Assembly: GCA_963712115.1 (NCBI GenBank)
Contig: CAVQGX010000030.1
Coordinates: 128,001-192,000 of the forward strand
Direction: 5' to 3'
DNA: 64,000 nucleotides
Origin: an uncultured delta proteobacterium
Lineage (GTDB): Bacteria; Desulfobacterota; Syntrophobacteria; BM002
The notes under the pieces were generated by a model. That model saw nothing but the letters and a program-made list of their open reading frames with translations. It was not told where the DNA came from and searched no databases. Shown in pieces: positions 61,847-64,000 of the stretch (positions are counted from its first letter, which is position 1; every line of letters begins with the position of its first letter). The position numbers and the translations under genes are program-made.

Positions 61847-63313
61847 GGGAAAGAGTTGTTCTGGAGAATCTTCGGAGTTGGGTTTGGACTTAAGTTGAAT
61901 AGTGACCAGGACCTTTTTGTTCTGTCCGGGAAGCAGTCTAAGAGAAGCCGGAGAGAGTACCACTGGAACTTCCACGATTTTCTCTCCACTTTGAGGTTCT
62001 ATGTCGCCTACACTGATAGGCTCGGTTTTTAGGCTAAGCATATTGTTGAGCGTTGATAATGGGCCGGTTACCCTTACAGAACCCGGTCTGACCCTTATTC
62101 TGTCAATCAGATATCCGGGGGGGGGAGATCCAACTATATTTGGCTCTACCGCTATTTCTCTCTCTACTCGAGTTTCCATTTCTAATCTTATTGCCGCTGG
62201 GGTTATACGTACCACCTCCAGACCTAGTGGTAGTTCGATATTGTCTCCGTTCAACACAATTCGGTGAAATCCCGCTTCAATCGCACTGAGATCCAAGAAA
62301 GCACCCACCTGTTCTGGTTTGAGAGCGCTAACAAGCCTGCGTTTACCAGTAATTTGTACTTCTACTCTCTCGGCAGATGATCTCCTGAGTTCTAGGCTCT
62401 CCGGTATGTTACGAAAATCCACCGCAGTGGTAACATTAATCAGAGATAATTGCTTGCCCGAGTAGATTCCCCAGGAGGCCGAAACCAGCAGGAAGGTTAG
62501 TAGAAGGCCACCAGCTTGAATAAGCAACTCCCTCACCCTGGTTCTTGGTTTTACGGCTGTGTAAGTCCCCAGGAGCAATCTACCTAGCACCATCTGGAGT
62601 TGAGGCGGTTTAGGGACCAATTCCACTTCACCCCGATGTACCACCGAGACCTCGCCACGCTCTTCGGATACTACTACTATGACCACATCAGTCATCTCAC
62701 TCAGACCAATGGCGGCTCTGTGTCTGGTCCCGTATTGTCGGGGTAAACCCTCTTTTTTAGTTAAGGGCAAGTATGCCCCAACTAACTTGATCCGGTCTCC
62801 CTGTATTATTGCCGCGCCGTCATGCAGAGGACTTTCTTTGGCGAAGATGCTGGCCATAATTTCAGGGCTCCACTTGCCTTGGAGAGTAATTCCTTCACTC
62901 AAGTGTTCGGCCAACCTGTCTCGCTGTTGGAAAACAAGCATAGCACCTATTCTGTTCTTGGCCATCTTGAAGGCCGTCCTCTCTACCTCAGGCAGGTCAA
63001 TTGTCCCAGGTTGGTAAGGTCGACCTAGGAAAAGACGAGCGGGGCTGGTCTGAATTACAACGTCGCGGATTTCATTTCTGAAAACCACCACGATGACAAG
63101 CACAGCAATAGCACCTAAACCCTGGAAAAACCAGCTGGTGAGTATAAGGCCGCTTGCCTGGGCAAGGGTGTGACACACCCAAAGGAATAGAAGGCCTAAG
63201 AGTATTTGTAAGGCCGTAGTTCCACGGAAGAGGAGAAACAGCCTGTGGATAAGAAAGCTGATTACCAAGATGTCTACAACATCTTGCCATTTGAAAGAGA
63301 AAAGGAAATCCAT
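61844..63313 (-). CDS. Diadenylate cyclase CdaA fused to YbbR (CdaR-like) domains
   Basis: Three N-terminal TMs, HDGA and GTRHRAA motifs, VSEERG, a further TM, then two YbbR-like repeats. Confidence 0.9.
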   Translation of the reverse strand: MDFLFSFKWQDVVDILVISFLIHRLFLLFRGTTALQILLGLLFLWVCHTLAQASGLILTSWFFQGLGAIAVLVIVVVFRNEIRDVVIQTSPARLFLGRPYQPGTIDLPEVERTAFKMAKNRIGAMLVFQQRDRLAEHLSEGITLQGKWSPEIMASIFAKESPLHDGAAIIQGDRIKLVGAYLPLTKKEGLPRQYGTRHRAAIGLSEMTDVVIVVVSEERGEVSVVHRGEVELVPKPPQLQMVLGRLLLGTYTAVKPRTRVRELLIQAGGLLLTFLLVSASWGIYSGKQLSLINVTTAVDFRNIPESLELRRSSAERVEVQITGKRRLVSALKPEQVGAFLDLSAIEAGFHRIVLNGDNIELPLGLEVVRITPAAIRLEMETRVEREIAVEPNIVGSPPPGYLIDRIRVRPGSVRVTGPLSTLNNMLSLKTEPISVGDIEPQSGEKIVEVPVVLSPASLRLLPGQNKKVLVTIQLKSKPNSEDSPEQLFP

Positions 63314-63328
63314 GAAATATCCGGGCTA
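63311..63328. repeat. Solo MITE terminal inverted repeat containing the cdaA start codon
   Basis: CATGAAATATCCGGGCTA. Confidence 0.8.
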
Positions 63329-63436
63329 GAGAAAAATGTACCACCCCGAAGGGGTTGAACAGCATCTGCCTCCAACTACACAAGTTACAGAACTAGCAAG
63401 ATTCATACTTGAATGCAAGTGTACTCAAAAGACTTT

Positions 63437-63740
63437 TTGTCAGTTGTCCGTGGTCCGTTGCGAGAAAGCATAGAGCATAGGATTATACGGGCGAGACGGG
63501 CCCTTCGACAGGCTCAGGGTAAACTCACGAGAGGTCGAGCGAGACGGGATCAGGACTCAGAGGACAGCTGGCAGGGGGCGGGTAACTGCCAGAGGTCGGA
63601 GGTCGGAAGTCAGAGGACAATCTTCCTGTGAGCTAACTGACGATTTCTACGACTTCTACGGTTTCTACTATTTACCGCTTACCAATTACTAAAACTAATC
63701 AACTATTTGACCAATTGGCGCCATGCAATGCGCTCTGTGG
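63437..63740. repeat. Intergenic mosaic repeat oriented toward tRNA-Arg
   Basis: AGCATAG, GCGAGAC, CAGAGG, TACGATTTC, CCGCTTA, ATTGAC and closing (T)GCGCTC modules. Confidence 0.85.
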
Positions 63741-63833
63741 GCGAAAACAGAAACCCCTTGCAAACAATTGGTCATTGGTGTAAGAATTTTTCACGATTCT
63801 AGACAAACATCTCTTCAATAAGCCAGCCTAAAT

Positions 63834-63910
63834 GCCCCCGTAGCTCAGGCGGATAGAGCTCCGGATTCCTAATCCGGGCGTCGCAGGTTCGAGTCCTGCC
63901 GGGGGCACCA
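63834..63910 (+). tRNA. tRNA-Arg (CCT)
   Basis: 77-nt cloverleaf, CCGGA-TTCCTAA-TCCGG anticodon arm, GGTTCGAG T-arm, encoded CCA. Confidence 0.95.
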
Positions 63911-64000
63911 AAATAAAAAAACCCGGCCTTGATCTGCCCCCAAGTGGGCTCTAAGGGTCTTTCAATCACAGGGGAGTCAGCTGGTGTAATCGAGTGGTCG

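Noticed and set aside
48379-62032. Mutually similar ORFs at 48379, 50983/51014, 61541 and 61667
   Set aside because: They are reading frames across the non-coding MITE copies

Overview
This 64 kb window is mostly housekeeping DNA. Gene order (ispG-proS-relA, alaC-hom-apgM, yqeY-mutS2-dnaG-rpoD-tRNA-zinc ribbon-rnhA-rnpB-ispDF-cysS) suggests an anaerobic deltaproteobacterium (Desulfobacterota); this is inference. It holds about 45 CDS, tRNA-Ile2(CAT), tRNA-Arg(CCT), RNase P RNA, one IS110/IS1111-type element, three copies plus a solo end of a ~195 bp MITE, and an OsmC-like protein with an in-frame UGA (probable selenocysteine). The most striking signal is non-coding. About 30 intergenic spacers are polar mosaics of a dozen degenerate 7-, 8- and 9-nt tandem-repeat families, often arranged as nested inverted pairs. 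They start at or inside stop codons and share 27-47 nt near-identical blocks between distant loci. A decayed four-helix-bundle gene sits beside such repeats. The IS1111-type element has inserted precisely into one heptamer family and carries matching guide-like sequences in its downstream non-coding region. Relics of rpsU and possibly nif3 lie at their usual positions. All calls were made by eye; no database search was run.
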